DNA of 64,000 nt from assembly GCA_036172245.1 (NCBI GenBank), contig JAYWIR010000023.1, positions 186,001-250,000 on the forward strand, read 5' to 3'. The position numbers and the translations under genes were made by a program. The notes below the pieces were generated by a model that saw only the letters and a list, made by a program, of their open reading frames with translations, was not told the DNA's origin and did no database searches. This document shows positions 12,993-26,652 of this stretch, one piece after another. The DNA is from Raillietiella orientalis. Its lineage: Eukaryota. Numbering within the stretch: the first letter of the stretch is position 1; the number at the start of each line of letters is the position of its first letter.

Positions 12993-13788
12993 ATGATGTA
13001 GAATGCCAGTCGATTGGTCCAGAAAGCTCCCTAAAGAAGATCGGTTGCTCCTCTGCGCACGGAACAAGTCTTCGAAAGGATTCCTTGAATTTTCCTCGGG
13101 GCAACGTCCTCCGCGCGACCTTTCCAGCGACCTGTAACCCTTCTCGAAATTTCCTCAATGCTCAATAAACTGATGAGCCCACCACGTTCTTGCGCGCGAA
13201 GCGCCTTCGACGCCGCTCAAGAGTGCGTCTCGTCGCAGCGTCTCCTGGAACTCGACGCCTGCTCGACATAACTATCCGCAGCGATCCCGCATGACCCTAG
13301 GCTGTTGGGACTCCGATCTGGGAAGCCAGGTCCCGTTCCGATTTGTTTCAACCCATCGAGGTCACTGTGGAGGAAACTGAAACGCCACTCGTTGAATCCC
13401 CTGACGGCGGAAGAGCCGCTGAGCGCTCGGAGGCGGCTTGCCGTGCTCCATCGTGTTGCCCCGCAACCACGAACCCAGCTACCTGGAGGAGAGAATGGCT
13501 GCCGAGGGTCCGTCGGCGCGGTCCCATGTGGAGTCCCCATCCACTGCGACCCACCTTACTGTCCACTCGCGTGACTCCACGGTGCGTTTTTTCTCCCTCC
13601 CTCCCGCCTGAGGAGAGGGACCCCGCGTGGGGTGCAGGACTGAAGAGCGCCACGATGCGGGGAAGAAGCGCACGTGGTCCCTGCAGCTTCGTTGCGAGCG
13701 TACGAGCCGCCAGTCACGGCATTGCAGAGGAACGCGTGCCCAGCGGCGGTCCTCTGCGATGGAACCTTAGTCTTCCCGCGAAATCGCC

Positions 13789-15546
13789 CGCCGGGAAGGG
13801 ATCACTGTCCACTGTAGGAAGAGACCATCCTTTCCAGGATGCCCTCGAGGTCCTCTGCATAGCTCCCAGGTGCGACCATCAGATCGCGATTCGCAGGTAA
13901 CGTGTACGATGGAGTCCCTATCGCTGCTTAATCTGTTGGCTGCGCTCCACGCAGCCACAATCCCTCGTAGGCGGCAGAGCTCTGCCAGGGCTGAGGCTGG
14001 TTGCAGGGCGTCTCGCACGGAGTCGCACAACGTCTGGGGGGACTGCCGACCGGCTTCCGGAGGGTCGTAGCAAAACGTTCCCACAAGGGACGAAGGACAG
14101 CGCAGTCCACTAACAGGTGGGGAAGGGATTCCTTCTTCTCACACACTGCACACTTCTGTCCCACCTTCCCCAACGTCCAGTGGTGGCGGCGCGCGTTGCA
14201 GGGGAGTCCCCAGTGCAACAGCAGCAGCGCCGTTTCCTGCCACTTGAGGGGAACGATTCTTTTTTCGGTTATCACTGGGGGCCACTTCAGGTCATCCGTC
14301 GAGATGCCGAGCAGCTCGCCCCATTTCTTCAGTCCTCGTGGAAGGACGCTCTGGATCGTGGCGTCCGCCAGCTGTCCCATGGTCCAACCGCTCATCAATT
14401 TTTCTCTACCTGCAATACGGCAAGAGACTTGCCACCTCGGCGTCCGGCTACTAACGAGGGCCCTCCGTAGGAAGGGCAGCACCGTCGCTAGGCAGGTCGT
14501 CTCTGACCACGTGCTCCTGGCTGGACACTCCAGGATCTCGCGCAGAGTGCAGCGGGCGTATCGGCCGCGTCGCAGGCTATTCCACGTCTCGTGGCTCCTC
14601 TGATTCACTACCGCCCACGTGCCAACTGTTTCTTCCAGCCATGCGCTGGAGTTGACGGGACTGCAGATCATCCACGCATTCTCCCTCGCCAGGGTGGCTG
14701 TTCGTCCTAGGAGAAGGCCGCATCTTCTTATCTTCTTTCCACGACATAAGAGATGAGACGCAAGTCCTCCCGTTCCGGATACACGTCTGGCGAGAAGGCG
14801 GGACGGAACACACCAAGGGGTGCTCCACAACTTCGCTGCAATGGCCAAGGTTCGCCATCTCAGCTGAATTTCCAAGCGCTCCTGCGTCAGGAGGCCTAGA
14901 CGCCATCTCGACGCGGAGCGCACAAGTCCATCATGGGGACTCGGAGCCTCCCCTTGCCCCAAAGGGCGATGCGCAGGAGGTCCTTCGTCCTCTTCTTTAT
15001 TTTCACGGGGACGGGGCAAACGAAAAGTAAGGGGCGAAGGATGGGGGCTGCAAATGCGTTCCATACCGCAGCCCAAGTGGAACTTGCCCTCCAGGAACGA
15101 GCCGATGGCCAACTCCACTTTCTGGAGACGGCCTGACCAGGCTTCTGACGGGCAGAAGTCTCCCAGCGGAACGCCAAGGTACTTCAAGTACACGCCCGTT
15201 GGGATCCCCAAGCGGATCCAGTCAGGCCGTCCTGCCCACGTCGCACCAACTGGCACCACCGACGACTTCGCCTTGTTCACCTGCAGTCCGGTCCCGCGAC
15301 TAAGCAGATCGAAGAAATCCCCGACTGCCGCTGCCAGGGCGGACATGGGCAACATCAGCAGAAGATCGTCGGCATAGGCTGCTACAGCGGGCGTGCCGGG
15401 GCACGAGCTAGGCAAGGCAGCCAAAGTCACCCTGCACGCTCTCAGTACCAACTCAAAGTAGGTGCTAAAGAGCAGGGGACTGAGGCTATCGCCCTGCCGC
15501 ACCGGCACGCCGTACACCCTCTGGCCACTGGAAGTAATGTATGGCC
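13789..15546 (-). mobile_element. L1/Tx1-like LINE (family A): RT C-terminal half through to the C-terminal zinc finger, decayed
   Basis: VRQGDSLSPLLF, AYADDLLL, KYLGVPL and CAVCEKKESLPHLLVDC, with frameshifts. Ends at the start of the family 3' UTR (TGATCCCTTCCCGGC). Confidence 0.93.
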
Positions 15547-15735
15547 CCAACTGGGGCAGTTGCGGATGGACCTCGAGGGCATCCTGCGAAGGATGACCCT
15601 CCTCCCAGTGGACTGTGATCCCTTACCGGCCCTCCAAACTCTTTTTGTTTTTCTTATCTTTGTTTTTATTTTTTGTTTTCTCCCCCATCCCCTTCCACTG
15701 CCGAGGAGAGTCACACCGGGCTGCATCCCGGTGTG
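15547..15735 (+). mobile_element. Family A LINE 3'-end fragment, inverted relative to its neighbours
   Basis: QLGQLRMDLEGILRRM plus a T-rich 3' UTR closely matching 20310-20495. Confidence 0.88.
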
Positions 15736-15739
15736 ACTC

Positions 15740-17415
15740 TCCTCTGACTGGTGGGCAGCTGCTCGGTCACGGGAAGTAGGAAATTCCCTTCCTCCGTTCC
15801 CACGCTGCCGGCTTCCCCCTCGGCTGCCTGTGCGTCCCCCTCCTTCTTCGTCGGGATGCGCCTCCTTGGATTCTTGGACTTCCGTCCCGTCTTCTTTGGA
15901 GGCGCCTCCGCGGAGGAGGACGCACTTTCGGCATCCGGATCAGCATCACCTTCTTCAGGTGCCTTGACCGCGGTCGGCCTTCTCAAGGTCTTTCGTGCCG
16001 GGATCTCACGGCCGACGTGTTCAGCCGCGAGCTCTTGCGCCGCCTGTTCGAAGGCGGCGTCCTCGATTACGGCGAGCGCGTCGCACGGTTTCCCTTCTGT
16101 TTGCACAGAGGGTTAGGCTTCGGGAATCGCAGCTTCGACGCAAACCAGACGGTGGATATGTCCCCCGGTGGCGGCCTCTAAGGCCCCTACGCGCTCCAAG
16201 GCGACCGAACATTCGCGGAGCAATGAGAGGCGCTGTTTCCTATTTAAAGGATTCGCTGCACCTTCTGCTTTCGGGACCTCAGTTCTTTTAACTTTTTTCG
16301 GCTTCGCCGTCCGCCAGCCTTCGTTCTCACTAGCGTCGTCGGGAGTTTTCTCGATCGGCGTTTGCTGGGAGGGTTCGGGCTCTGGCTTCTGAGTACGCCT
16401 TGCAGTAGCCTCTTTAGACTTCTTTGCTTGCTCCGCGCGTTTCCCCTTGGCTTTTTTCAAAGCAGAGGGAGCCATAGTTTCACGCTTTGGGCACACTTTC
16501 CAGAGGTGGCCCTTCCCTCTGCATAGGAAACACTGGATGTGAGGGCACCGTTTTTTCAGGTGCCCTGTGGCATCACCGTGCCCACAGTACTTGAGTTTGC
16601 CCACGTACCAGACATCGACCGTCTCGTTGCCGATGTCGAGCTTGTGGGGTAGCCCGCCGTTTTCGTTCACAGTTACACGCGCTGCGCCCATGCCACTGAA
16701 CAGTCTTCCATAGGTTTGGAAGACATTGGGCTTGGTCCAGAGCGCGTGTACCGTGCCGTACTTGCTGAGTTCCTCCTGCACGCCGGTTTTCGACATGCGG
16801 AGGGTAACTCCAGTCAGGCGCGCTACTAATGAGCGGTCCTTAGTCACCGGGAAGAGCTTTCCGCCTCCAGCGTAATGGGGGTATTCAACAGGCGCTGAGC
16901 CAGGCTTGCATCCCTGCAAGTCAGCTCCACCCGCTGACCCCCACTAAGCACGGAGAGACCTTCCAGCTCCTCCTCCTTAACGTTAAGCCACTGAAACTCC
17001 CTTTCGAAGTTGCAAGCGGTATTCTCTACAAATATATTGCCTACCTTATAAATCAGGGATGGCTTATAACCTTTTGCCCTGTCGGAGGTTTGTTCGGCAA
17101 TGACTGCAGCGGATGGTGCTTCAGCCACGGCGCTCCAGGTACTCGTCGTGGGCGAAGACGGCTCCGAGGGGACGATTGGGGACGATTGGGCAAAGTCCTT
17201 TTTCAAGAGGACGGTTGCCCTCGCTTCCGTGGGGGCGGTCGCCCCCACCTCCGTGGGTTGGGGAGAGGAACTAGCCTCTCCTCCTCCGATCTCCATCGCG
17301 GTGTCCTCAGGCATTTCTGCCATGGGACACCGACGAGGAGCCACACACTCACACAAAAACAAAGCTATCCAAACTCGCGCAGTCGGAGCGCTAAAAAAAC
17401 ACGTCCGTACGCGAA
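15740..17415 (-). mobile_element. LINE 5' UTR and ORF1 (gag-like, two zinc knuckles), disabled
   Basis: ATG at 17323 (MAEMPED). RRM-like segment ELSKYGTV and knuckles CGHGDATGHLKKRC / CFLCRGKGHLWKVC. Frameshift near 16870 and in-frame stop at 16113. Confidence 0.88.
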
Positions 17416-17419
17416 GTTG

Positions 17420-17850
17420 CTTGTTGCCACCCGGTCACGCCGGGGCGTTTATTATGAACTTCCATATTTGCGGTACAAGGCCCCACTGCTGCCAATAAAA
17501 CTAGGGAACTGCCGGGTGGTCGGTGCGCAGACCGACTTGACACTCCACATTAGCGGAGGGGGATAGAGAGAAGCAAAAATAAAAATAAAAAAAACTGAAA
17601 AAAGAAAAAACCATAGTTCCTTGGAGGGTCGGGAAGGGATCATTGTCCGCTTTGTGGAGTTTCCATCCTTTGCAGGATGCCGACGAGGTCCTTCTGCATG
17701 TTTCCCAGGTGGGGCCATTGGGTTGCTATTCGCAGGAAGCGAGCTGCATACTCCATGACATCCCTGTCGTTTGCATCTTCTACTTCGTCGGATTCACTCC
17801 AAGCCGCCACAGTACCGCGGATGCAGCTGAGCGCTGCTACGAAAGCGGCA
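17420..17850 (-). mobile_element. Family A LINE 3' end with complete 3' UTR
   Basis: CIRGTVAAWS...WPHLGNMQKDLVGILQRM*, T-rich UTR, terminal AATAAACGCCCCGGCGTGACCGGGTGGC. Confidence 0.9.
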
Positions 17851-18545
17851 GGAGTCGGCGATTCTTCTGTTGCATTGGGGCCTCCCCGCAAAGCCCGCCT
17901 TCGCCATTGGACCCGAGGGAATACGAGCCCCCACTGCAGCAGGTGTGGAGAAAGAGAGTCCCTCCCGCACCTGCTCTTGGATTGTGTTGCCCTCCGCCCC
18001 CTGTGGGAACGCTTTGCCGCGTCCCTGAGGAACCCCGAGGGCAAAACAGAGACGCTTTGAAACGCCTCTTCCTGCGCGACGTCCTCATACCGGCCGCATC
18101 CCTAACAGCACTCTACTGACTACTCAGGATGGTGGCTGTATGGAGCAATGCCAGAGGAGGTCAGAACGACAGAGATGCCATCTATTTTTCAGTCGTCTTT
18201 ATGGGGATAGCGTCAAGATGGCCACATCTGGGAGTCTTGAAACAGGAACTTGCCAGCATCCTGCAAAGGATGCAGAGGACACCCTCCAGCATCCGGTAAT
18301 CCCTTCCCGAACCCTCCCAATTTTTTTGTATATATATTTTCTGTTTTATTTTCTTATTTTTGTTGTTTCCCCTCCTGCTCTGCTGCCGAGGTGAACCACG
18401 CTGGCCTGCGCCCCGCTTCTCGGCAAGTCCCTTTTTGTATGCAAAAAGTATTCCTTTTTGTATAACGTGCAGGACCAAGAGACCTGCCACTGTCCTGCCA
18501 CTGTAGGTTTATTTTTTATATAAATAAACACCCCGGCATAACCAA
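17847..18545 (+). mobile_element. Family A LINE 3' end, back-to-back with the previous copy
   Basis: QESAILLLHWG, CSRCGERESLPHLLLDC, WPHLG, T-rich UTR, AATAAACACCCCGG. Confidence 0.88.
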
Positions 18546-18879
18546 ATGTCAAACCAGGTCCACCTCCGAGCACCAAGGAAGAGTCTCCTACGCTTTCGCG
18601 GCCACTGTTCCTCTTCGCAAGGGGTGACCTCAAGGCGCACAGCGGCTCCCTTGCCCCGTCTCTCTGCTTCGTTCGAGTTGCGCGAGGCGGTTGCCGCTCG
18701 CAGGATCTCCCGGGCTTCGCGAACTGTCGTATCTAAGGAGATTCGGCCACGATCGCCTTCTCCCCCTGCCTCGCGCGCGCGAGGAGACCCCTCCCTTCCT
18801 TTCCTTCCCAGGAGAGGAGATGCACCTCCCCTGAGAAGGAAAAGAACCATCCCCCATCCTTTTCCCCCGCATCTTCGCG

Positions 18880-20605
18880 GGTAAACAAGGCGAAGTCGTC
18901 GGTGGTGCCAGTTGGTGCGACGTGGGCAGGACGGCCTGACTGGATCCGCTTGGAGATCCCCACGGCCAGGTACCTGAAGTACCTTGGCGTGCCCTTGGGG
19001 GACTTCTGCCCGTCAGAAGCCTGGTCAGGTCGTCTCCAAAAAGTAGAGTCGGCGATCGGCCCGTTCCTGGAGGGCAAGTTCCTCTTGCCGGAACGGGCCG
19101 CGGTATGGGACGCGTTCGCGGCTCCCATCCTTCGCCCCCTGCTTTTTGTATGCCCCGTTCCCCTCCAGTTGAAGAAGAGGACCAAGGACCTACTCCGCAA
19201 CGCCCTCTGGGGCAAGGGAAGGCCTAGAGTGCCTCTGAAGGACTTGTGCTCCGCGTCGGGACGGCGGTCTTGGCCTCCTGACGCTGGAGCGCTTGGAAAT
19301 CCAGCTGCGATGGCGCACCTTGGCCATCGCGGCGAAGTTGTGGAGCACCCCTTGGTGCGTTCCGGCCCGCCTTCTTGCCAGCCGTGTCTCCAGGATGCAA
19401 GGACTGGCATCTTATCTTCTGTGCTCCGGCCGGAAGATACGAAGATGCGGCCTGCTCCTTGGACGCATGTCCACCTTGGCTAAGGAGAAGGGCTGGATGG
19501 TTTGTAGCCCCGCCAACTCCTCCGCATGGCTAGAGGAGACCGCTAGCATGTGGGCGAAGTTGAATGAGAAGAACCACGAGACGTGGAACTGCCTGCGAGT
19601 CGGCTTCTACGCCCGCCGCACTCTTCGTGAAATTCTTCAATTTCCAGCGAGTTGCACGTGGACGGAAGGGATACCCCTTGCTACGGCGATGCCCTTCCTC
19701 CAAAGGGCGCTTCAGAACAGCCGGAAGCCGAGGTGGCAAGTCTGCTGCCGTATCGCAGGCAGAGAGAAGATGATGAGCGGCTGGACCATGGGAGAGCTGA
19801 CAGACGCTACGACCCCTAGTGTCCAGCCGCGTGGATTAAGAAGATGGGGCGAGCTGCTCGGCATCCGGTCGGATGACCTGAAGTGGTCCCCGGTTCTAAT
19901 TGGATCCAAGATTCTTCCCCTGAAGTGGCAAGAGTCAGCGCTTCTGTGGCTGCATTGGGGTCTACCCTGCAACGCGCGCCGCTTCCACTGGACACGGGGA
20001 AGAGTAAATCCTGCATGTGCCAGGTGTAGGGAGCGGGAGTCCCTCCCTCACCTCCTAGTTGACTGCCCTGCCCTCCGGATTCTTTGGGATCGTCTTGGAA
20101 CGGCCCTCGGGATACCGGATGGTGGCAACCCCAGAGGCGTTTACAGTCTTCTCTTCGTGCGGGACGCCCTCAGTCCAGCCGCAGCCCTGGCAGCACTTTG
20201 CTGCATTCGTGGTATCGTGGCGGCCTGGAGTGATGCCAAAGATGAAGATTGCAACGTGACGGACGTCATCCAGTATGCTGTTCGCTTCCTGCAGAGAGCT
20301 ACAGGATGGCTCCAACTGGGAAGAATGAAGAAGGACCTCGAGGGCATCCTGCAAAGGATGGGCCCTCCCCGAAGTGGAACGTGATCCCTTCCCGGCCCTC
20401 CAAACTCTTTTTGTTTTTTGTTTTTCTGGATTTTATTTTATTTTTGTTTTCTCCCCCATCCCCTTCCACTGCCGAGGAGAGCCACACCGGGCTGCGTCCT
20501 GGCGTCCTGGCAGGTCCGGTGGCCGTTAGTGGGGCCTTGTACCACGTTCTGTAATGACCGAGAAAGAGTTTTTTCATGAACGTCCCGGAGTACCCGGGTG
20601 GTATC
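18880..20605 (+). mobile_element. Family A LINE, 5'-truncated ORF2 C-terminal half and 3' UTR
   Basis: VNKAKSSVVPVG...KYLGVPL, one frameshift near 19270, CARCRERESLPHLLVDC, stop at 20384, then the UTR. Confidence 0.93.
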
Positions 20606-23319
20606 TCCACTTCGCACTCGGATGGATGAGCCCGTCCGGAGAGAATTCGGGGATGGGTGCTGGCAAACAGGACAGCTCGCGGTCTCCATGCCCAAAGGCA
20701 GGTCGTCCGCGCGCCGGCGAACGGAGCTGACCGGAGGGACCAACTGCGAGCGAGGCAGATAAGGGGATTCCTTGGGAGAGGAGCGTCCCACGAGCCACCC
20801 AGCTCTGGTGCCACCCGGACTCCAGCAAAACGTCCGAGAAAACAGGCGTTTCCACGGATACGCCCTTGGCTGAACGAGAGGAATTTCTCTCTTAAGTTCG
20901 TCTCCCCAAGAAGTCGAGTCAGCGCCCCGCTCCCGCGCGGAGTCATGGGCCTCCAGCATCCGCGCAGCGGGTGGATAACCCCCTGCTCGCAGGGTAGCGC
21001 TCTTTCCCCCCTCCTCCCCCTCCATCCCTTCCCTTCCCCAGTGCCATCCTGCAGCGCCCACCGCCCTCAGAAAGTCAACGGGTCGGCCTAGGTGGCGGCG
21101 GCGGCGCACCTGCTGCCGGAGCAGTGCCAGACAAGCGACTGCGGAGAAAGGGGGTAACCAGGAGCAACGGGTGCAGAGAAGAAAGCGACAGCTTCCAAGA
21201 GCACGGCGCGTTGCAGTCTCCTCACCCTTCACCCTGGAGATCGATCGATTGCCAAGCGCGCGTGATTGGCCCCCTCCCCTCTTCCCGGGGAATTACGCGG
21301 CTCCCTTCTTCTCGGGGGAAGGGGTGTTGCTGCCCCTCTTTCCCTCCCCCTTCTCCTCCTCTTCACTAGGAGACGCGTGCTACCATTTCCCGGGGCGACT
21401 CCCTGGAGCTCGAAGGCACTCTCGCTCGTAGATCCAGAGACTCCCAGACGGACGGCTTCCTCGCCTGCCCTTAAATTTCTTCCGTTTCAATTTTTAATCC
21501 AGGAAGGGATGCGTTCCAAAGGGAGGCGGGGAGGGCGTAGGAAGATGAGGAAAGTAGGGGGGAGGGATGAGCAGAGGAAAAGGGGGGGGGGGGGGCGAAG
21601 TAAAAGCGGGAACTCCAGGATAGCCGCTTCGCAAGTTTCCGGGAGGGGGATTCATCAGCAGGATCATCAGCATCGCGAGGGAACAGTGGGAATCCGAGGA
21701 ATCCCGCAGGAGCGAGGGGCAACGCGGCTCCCGCACGGTCTCCGAGGCGACCACGCAGGCTGCCTTTCGGGATCCGGCAAAAGTCATTTCCTCGAAAGGA
21801 AGGGAAGGGGAGAGGAACAAGGAAGGGAATCGGGGGCGAACAAATGGGGGAGCGGAGGGGAAGGGAAAGGAGCGAAAGGGAAGAGGGGGGTGGAGGGGCA
21901 ATCGGGGAAGTCTCCATCCGTCGGGTCGTTCATTGCAATAAACATGCATTTTCAGGAGCGACGCTGCCTGCAGGGAATCCGGATGAGAAAGGGCGAAGGG
22001 GGAGGGTCAGGTGATGCTGAGATCCTACCGGGAGCGCGCGGCAGCCCAGGAGAGCGGGGCAATCACTGCAAGGGTCACGCGAGCATCCGACAGGCATGGA
22101 GAGGAAAGCAGGCGCTCTTCCAGGTGTTCCGGAGAAGCTTTCCCTTCCAGACGCGGGCTGCCTGAGGGCCCCGGAGGACCCTCCGGAGCACCATTCATCC
22201 AGGCGGGCTGCCATGATGGCTAAGCCGCTGCGAGAAGCTCTTCCGCGGGGGCCTGCTGCGCATCCCAGTGCGCTGGAAAGGGAGGAGGCGCCTCCTAGCG
22301 GGAGAGAGGAGGCCACCTCCCCGCACTCGCAGAAATCCTGGCACGGCGGGATCCGTGGCCCTATGCCCCCCGAGGGCAATGGACATTGCTTTCCCCCTTC
22401 CCCTTGCTGCGAAAGGGCGCAGGACGTCCCTCGCGCACGTCCACGGACGGGTCCCGAGACCGAGCCGCAATGCCCCAAAAGCAGAAAGGGGGACATCCCT
22501 CCGAGAGGACTTTGGCTGGCTTCAACCCCGGAGGGAGAGACTCTGCCCGCCTTCCGTATCTTCGGGGCAAGCCGAGTACGGAGGATCTCGCCTGGATCCT
22601 TCCAGTGCCTGAGGCGTGTCCATTGTCGGGAAATCTAGGAGCCTGCTCCTATGCAGGGAGCGACCGGACCTCGCAGGAGACTTCGCTCCGGCGGGAAGGG
22701 AACAAACGGCGAGGGAGGGACGCGTCAAGGGTAGGTATTGGGGCGGGGACGCGCGTAAGGCATGAGATGAGAGTCGGGACTCGCGAAAGTAGGGCTATGA
22801 AGTGGAGGTTCGGGATCTGCGCCAGTGTTGAGGGAAAACCGTGGGGCGGAGGACAGTGTAGGGAGCTGGAAGATGGCAGTAGATCCCTTCAAAGAGGTCT
22901 GGCGACTCCCGCGACGTCAGGAGCCATCGACCTGCGGGAGGAGCCCACGAACGCTTCCCCCGTCCGCTCCCTCCCCTCCCCGGTGGCGCGGAGGACGGTT
23001 CTGGATTGGCGTCTCTTCCTCGCCTCGTATCCAGAAAAGATTCCCTCTACGCAGTCCCTTCCCTGGGCGACCACAGCCCTCCCTCCGCTCTCTCGCGGCG
23101 CAGTGCAGCAGTAGCAGCCGCCAGCTGCACGGAGACCCCTCCGCTCCCCCGAAACCGATCCGCCCCATGCGGCACGTTCTTCGTTGAGCGGCGCCTCGCT
23201 TCACCGCGTCCTCGGAGTGCACCTCCTCTCTCCTTCACTCACCGCTTGGACCACGACTCACTCCTTTGAACAGTTCCGGATCCACGTGGCCTCCGCCTCC
23301 GGAAGCCGCGTGGCTTCGG

Positions 23320-23990
23320 ACCCGCGTCGGAGGCCGTGCGGTTGCTGCGGTCGCTGACAAGTGGAACCGCAAGTCGTGAGTTCGAATCTCGCACGGGGCG
23401 AAGTTTCGACTCCGAGAAAGAGGGAGAATTGAGTCGCGTGGACTTCGAGTCCTCTCCCGAGGGATGGCGCTGGGTGCTTCGGATGTGGCACTGGTAGCTG
23501 ATAAAACCGGATACCCCCGATAAGTGGCCGGAATTGGGAATTCGTCCTCCAGATTCCTTCCAGGAATCAAGGAGCGCCGGCTCCTTTTTGAATTTCCCCT
23601 CTCCGGTTATGCAGAGGAGAGTCCCCTCAGGAGAGTGGGGTGGGTGGTAGGGACCCTCCATTGCGTACCATGGAGTGGGTGGATCGATGCCTCTTCAGAA
23701 TGTTAAGAAGAAGAGCGCTGCCTCCTTCAGGGAGCGCCCTTCAGAGAAATTGGGGAGCGTCCCTTCGTGGCTCTCTTCAGGGGAGCAACGAGCAGGTCTT
23801 TTCCTGGGATCCCTCCAGAGAGAACAAGGGAGAAGAATTTTCCCTTCGGGGTTCCCTTCGAAGACAACTGGAGCGAGGGTTCCCTTCTGGGTTCTCTCCC
23901 AAGAGTTAGAGGAAGGGACTTTTTCCTCCGGAGCGCTTCCCGGATTCCGAATTAGGGTGGTCCTTCTCGAGGTCCCCCTAACTCCAAAGA
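23320..23990 (+). mobile_element. tRNA-headed SINE-like dispersed repeat, copy 1
   Basis: A-box-like AGGCCGTGCGG and B-box GAGTTCGAATC. The body block CACTGGTAGC...CCCCGAT..GTGG...TTGGGA is shared with the copies at 28.3, 34.1 and 42.9 kb. Confidence 0.7.
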
Positions 23991-26652
23991 GGCGCTGGAT
24001 CCCGCTTCATCCCGGCCGTGGATCTCGCCCTCGAGTTCCGTAGCCGAAGAGTACGAAAAATAGCGGGTTCCCTACGAGGTCAAGAGAGCGAGGAGCCGGG
24101 TGCAAAGTCTCGTCCACCCACGCTTCTCTGACCCTCCAGAAAAGGCCGATGGGATCACTTGGGAGTCCTAGGGGGAGAGGGCAGGACGCGCACGTGCGGT
24201 GAGGACGGGACGCCCGTCCAAAGAAACCAAGGAACCGGCTCTGGAGCTCGAGCGCTGGTGGTGGACAAACCACCGGCCTGCTACGCTCATCCCCCCTCTC
24301 AAAAAAAAAAAAAACACCCGGACATGCTGAAGCGCCGCCTGCTGCGTGGCGCATGTCACCCGCCGCGACTTCATTCCCGTGGAGTCGCGGCTGGAGAGAA
24401 GCTACGCCGACACGATGGGTCAGGCGGACAGACCCATCATGTCCTCTTTCCCGAGGATGGGCGGCAAGTCGGAGGCATCTCTCCCTTCCCCTCTCCTCCT
24501 ATCCATGCACGAAGAGATGTCCATCTGCGGGCTGAAGACCCAGCGAGGTCCGCTCGCGAGCGGGAGCGCTCCAAGTGTGGCGGACTTTCCAATCCCGCCC
24601 ATGAAGGAATGACCTTACGTTTGTATTTATTTCTCGACTGACGGGAAACGGCTTCCCCCCCCCGTCCCGACGCATGAGGAGGTGAACAGAAAGAGCTTGG
24701 CATCCGTGACCTCACCCCTCACGCGGGGAGTGACTTCCTGGACGTCCAGCTCCCGGCAGAATCGAAATGCCATTCGCCTGGAGCCAGTCCGTGTTACCCA
24801 CCTGTTGCCCGGGAAGCCCCGACCCATGGGGAATTCTAAGGTGCAGGGGAGTTGAGCTCACAGCGGGGCTTGAGGATCTTTGAAGAGAAGATGGCGGCCA
24901 TCCCTCGGACCTCCATCAAGGCACCGACACAAACCTCCCAAAGCCCTGCTGGGACATTATCTCCGTTAATTGCAGATTAAGAAACGAGAGCCACTGTCCA
25001 GCGGCAATGGATTGGGCTTTCCGCATCCGGAACTCTCCAGGAATCCTTGCTTACCCGTAATTTCTCTACTATGGATGGCTGTGGCGGATCGGCTATGACG
25101 TATGCAAGGAAGCGGAACTAACACACTAGAAGGACAAAAGCCTCCCCTCCCCCTCAATGACCCTCCGAGGGAAAAAAAATAAAAATAAAAATGCGTGAAT
25201 TCCAGCCGGGTAGCACCGAACAATGAGAGCAAGTTGCTATGGTTACGAAAGCGGATCCTGGAACCAGATCCATAAACTCTCATTCACGCAAGACTCGACA
25301 CCATCGGCACCCTTCCAACACCTAGCAGCAGATTATTTCCAGCATCACGCGTCAGCGCCCATTGAACTTGTAATATCTGGCGTGACTGACGAACCTTCTG
25401 GAATCGCCATTGTTGTGGGAGAATGGCGGGAAAATCACCGGGACGAGCCTTCCGCCGCGGCTTTCCGTTTTACTGGCTGTGGCGGCCGCCGACCAGATTG
25501 ATTGCCTGAGAGGGATCGTTTGCATCCTTGTCTCAAGCCGTTCCAGGTCATAACTGCTCCTTCCTTTGGTGCTGCTGCTGCTCTAGCGCAGACGTGGCTG
25601 CGAACCCGCAGGGCAGCCGCATCCACCCCGGGGTTTTGCCCTCCCGCCTCGCGCCGAACGAGCGATGAGACGAACGGCCCGCTCCGCATCCTTGGCTGCG
25701 GCAACTCGCCCTTTCCACCCCAAGACGTCCCGAAGCGCTTTCAGCTTCCACACAACCGAAACCCCCCTTCCTCTCCCTTCCCCTGCCAGGCTTTCTCCCC
25801 TGCGGAAGACGCCCCCATCCGTCCCCCCGAGGACGCTGCCCTCTGTGGAGTCAGCTCGCACGGTCTGCCTCGTGAAGGGAAGTTCCCATCCCGGTAAGGG
25901 GGAGGGTGCACACGCATCCCTCTGCCTATCCGACTCCGCGTGAGGGCGCTGCCGTCGCCCCGCCGTCCGCAGCCATCCGCAAGGCGCGCAACACGAAAGG
26001 GGGGGGATCTTCCGTGTTCCGGGAGTAAGGAAACGTTGACAGGAAGGAAGGGCCGACTCGGAAGAAGACCCAGGGAGAAAATCTCTTTTGTCCTTCCTCA
26101 CTCTTTGTTTGCCGTTGCCGTTCTTGCTGCTGCCGCTGGTTTCTCTGCCCCAGATTTCGCTGCTGCCCCTCCCCTTCCCTTTTGTTTTTTTTTTTCGTCT
26201 CTGGGGACGATCGAGAAAAGAAACCGGTGGATTGTTCGAGGAAGTCATTGGCTGCAGAAGCAGCGTGGACACTGGAAGACTTCTCGCGCTGCAGGGAACG
26301 CAAGATGGCAAATTATGCGATCCCGGAGGTTTCTGCCTGGTGACGGCGGAACGATTATTTGAAAAAAAATAAACCACAATTCAGAGGGGAACGGCGTCTT
26401 TTGAATACAAGAGATTCCGAAGAAAAGAAAAAGGAGTTCATTGGGGATGACCACCGGCACGCAGGCCGGCTTCTAAGATAGTAGGGAACGGCGCAAGGGG
26501 ACGATAAATAGACCAAAAAAAGACAGGTGGGTAGGGACAAGGGTCTTTGGTTTTAATCGTTCCTTTCTTCCTACAAGCGACCGTGGCTGGTGGTGGTCTC
26601 GCTGATGACCTCTTCCGGCAGATGAGGCCGCCTTGCAGCTGTTCTTCTGAAG

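Noticed and set aside
23320..23400. Functional tRNA genes (also 28340, 34237, 34784, 42850)
   Set aside because: B-box/T-arm present but no complete cloverleaf, and the heads are attached to a shared repeat body, so they are treated as SINE heads.
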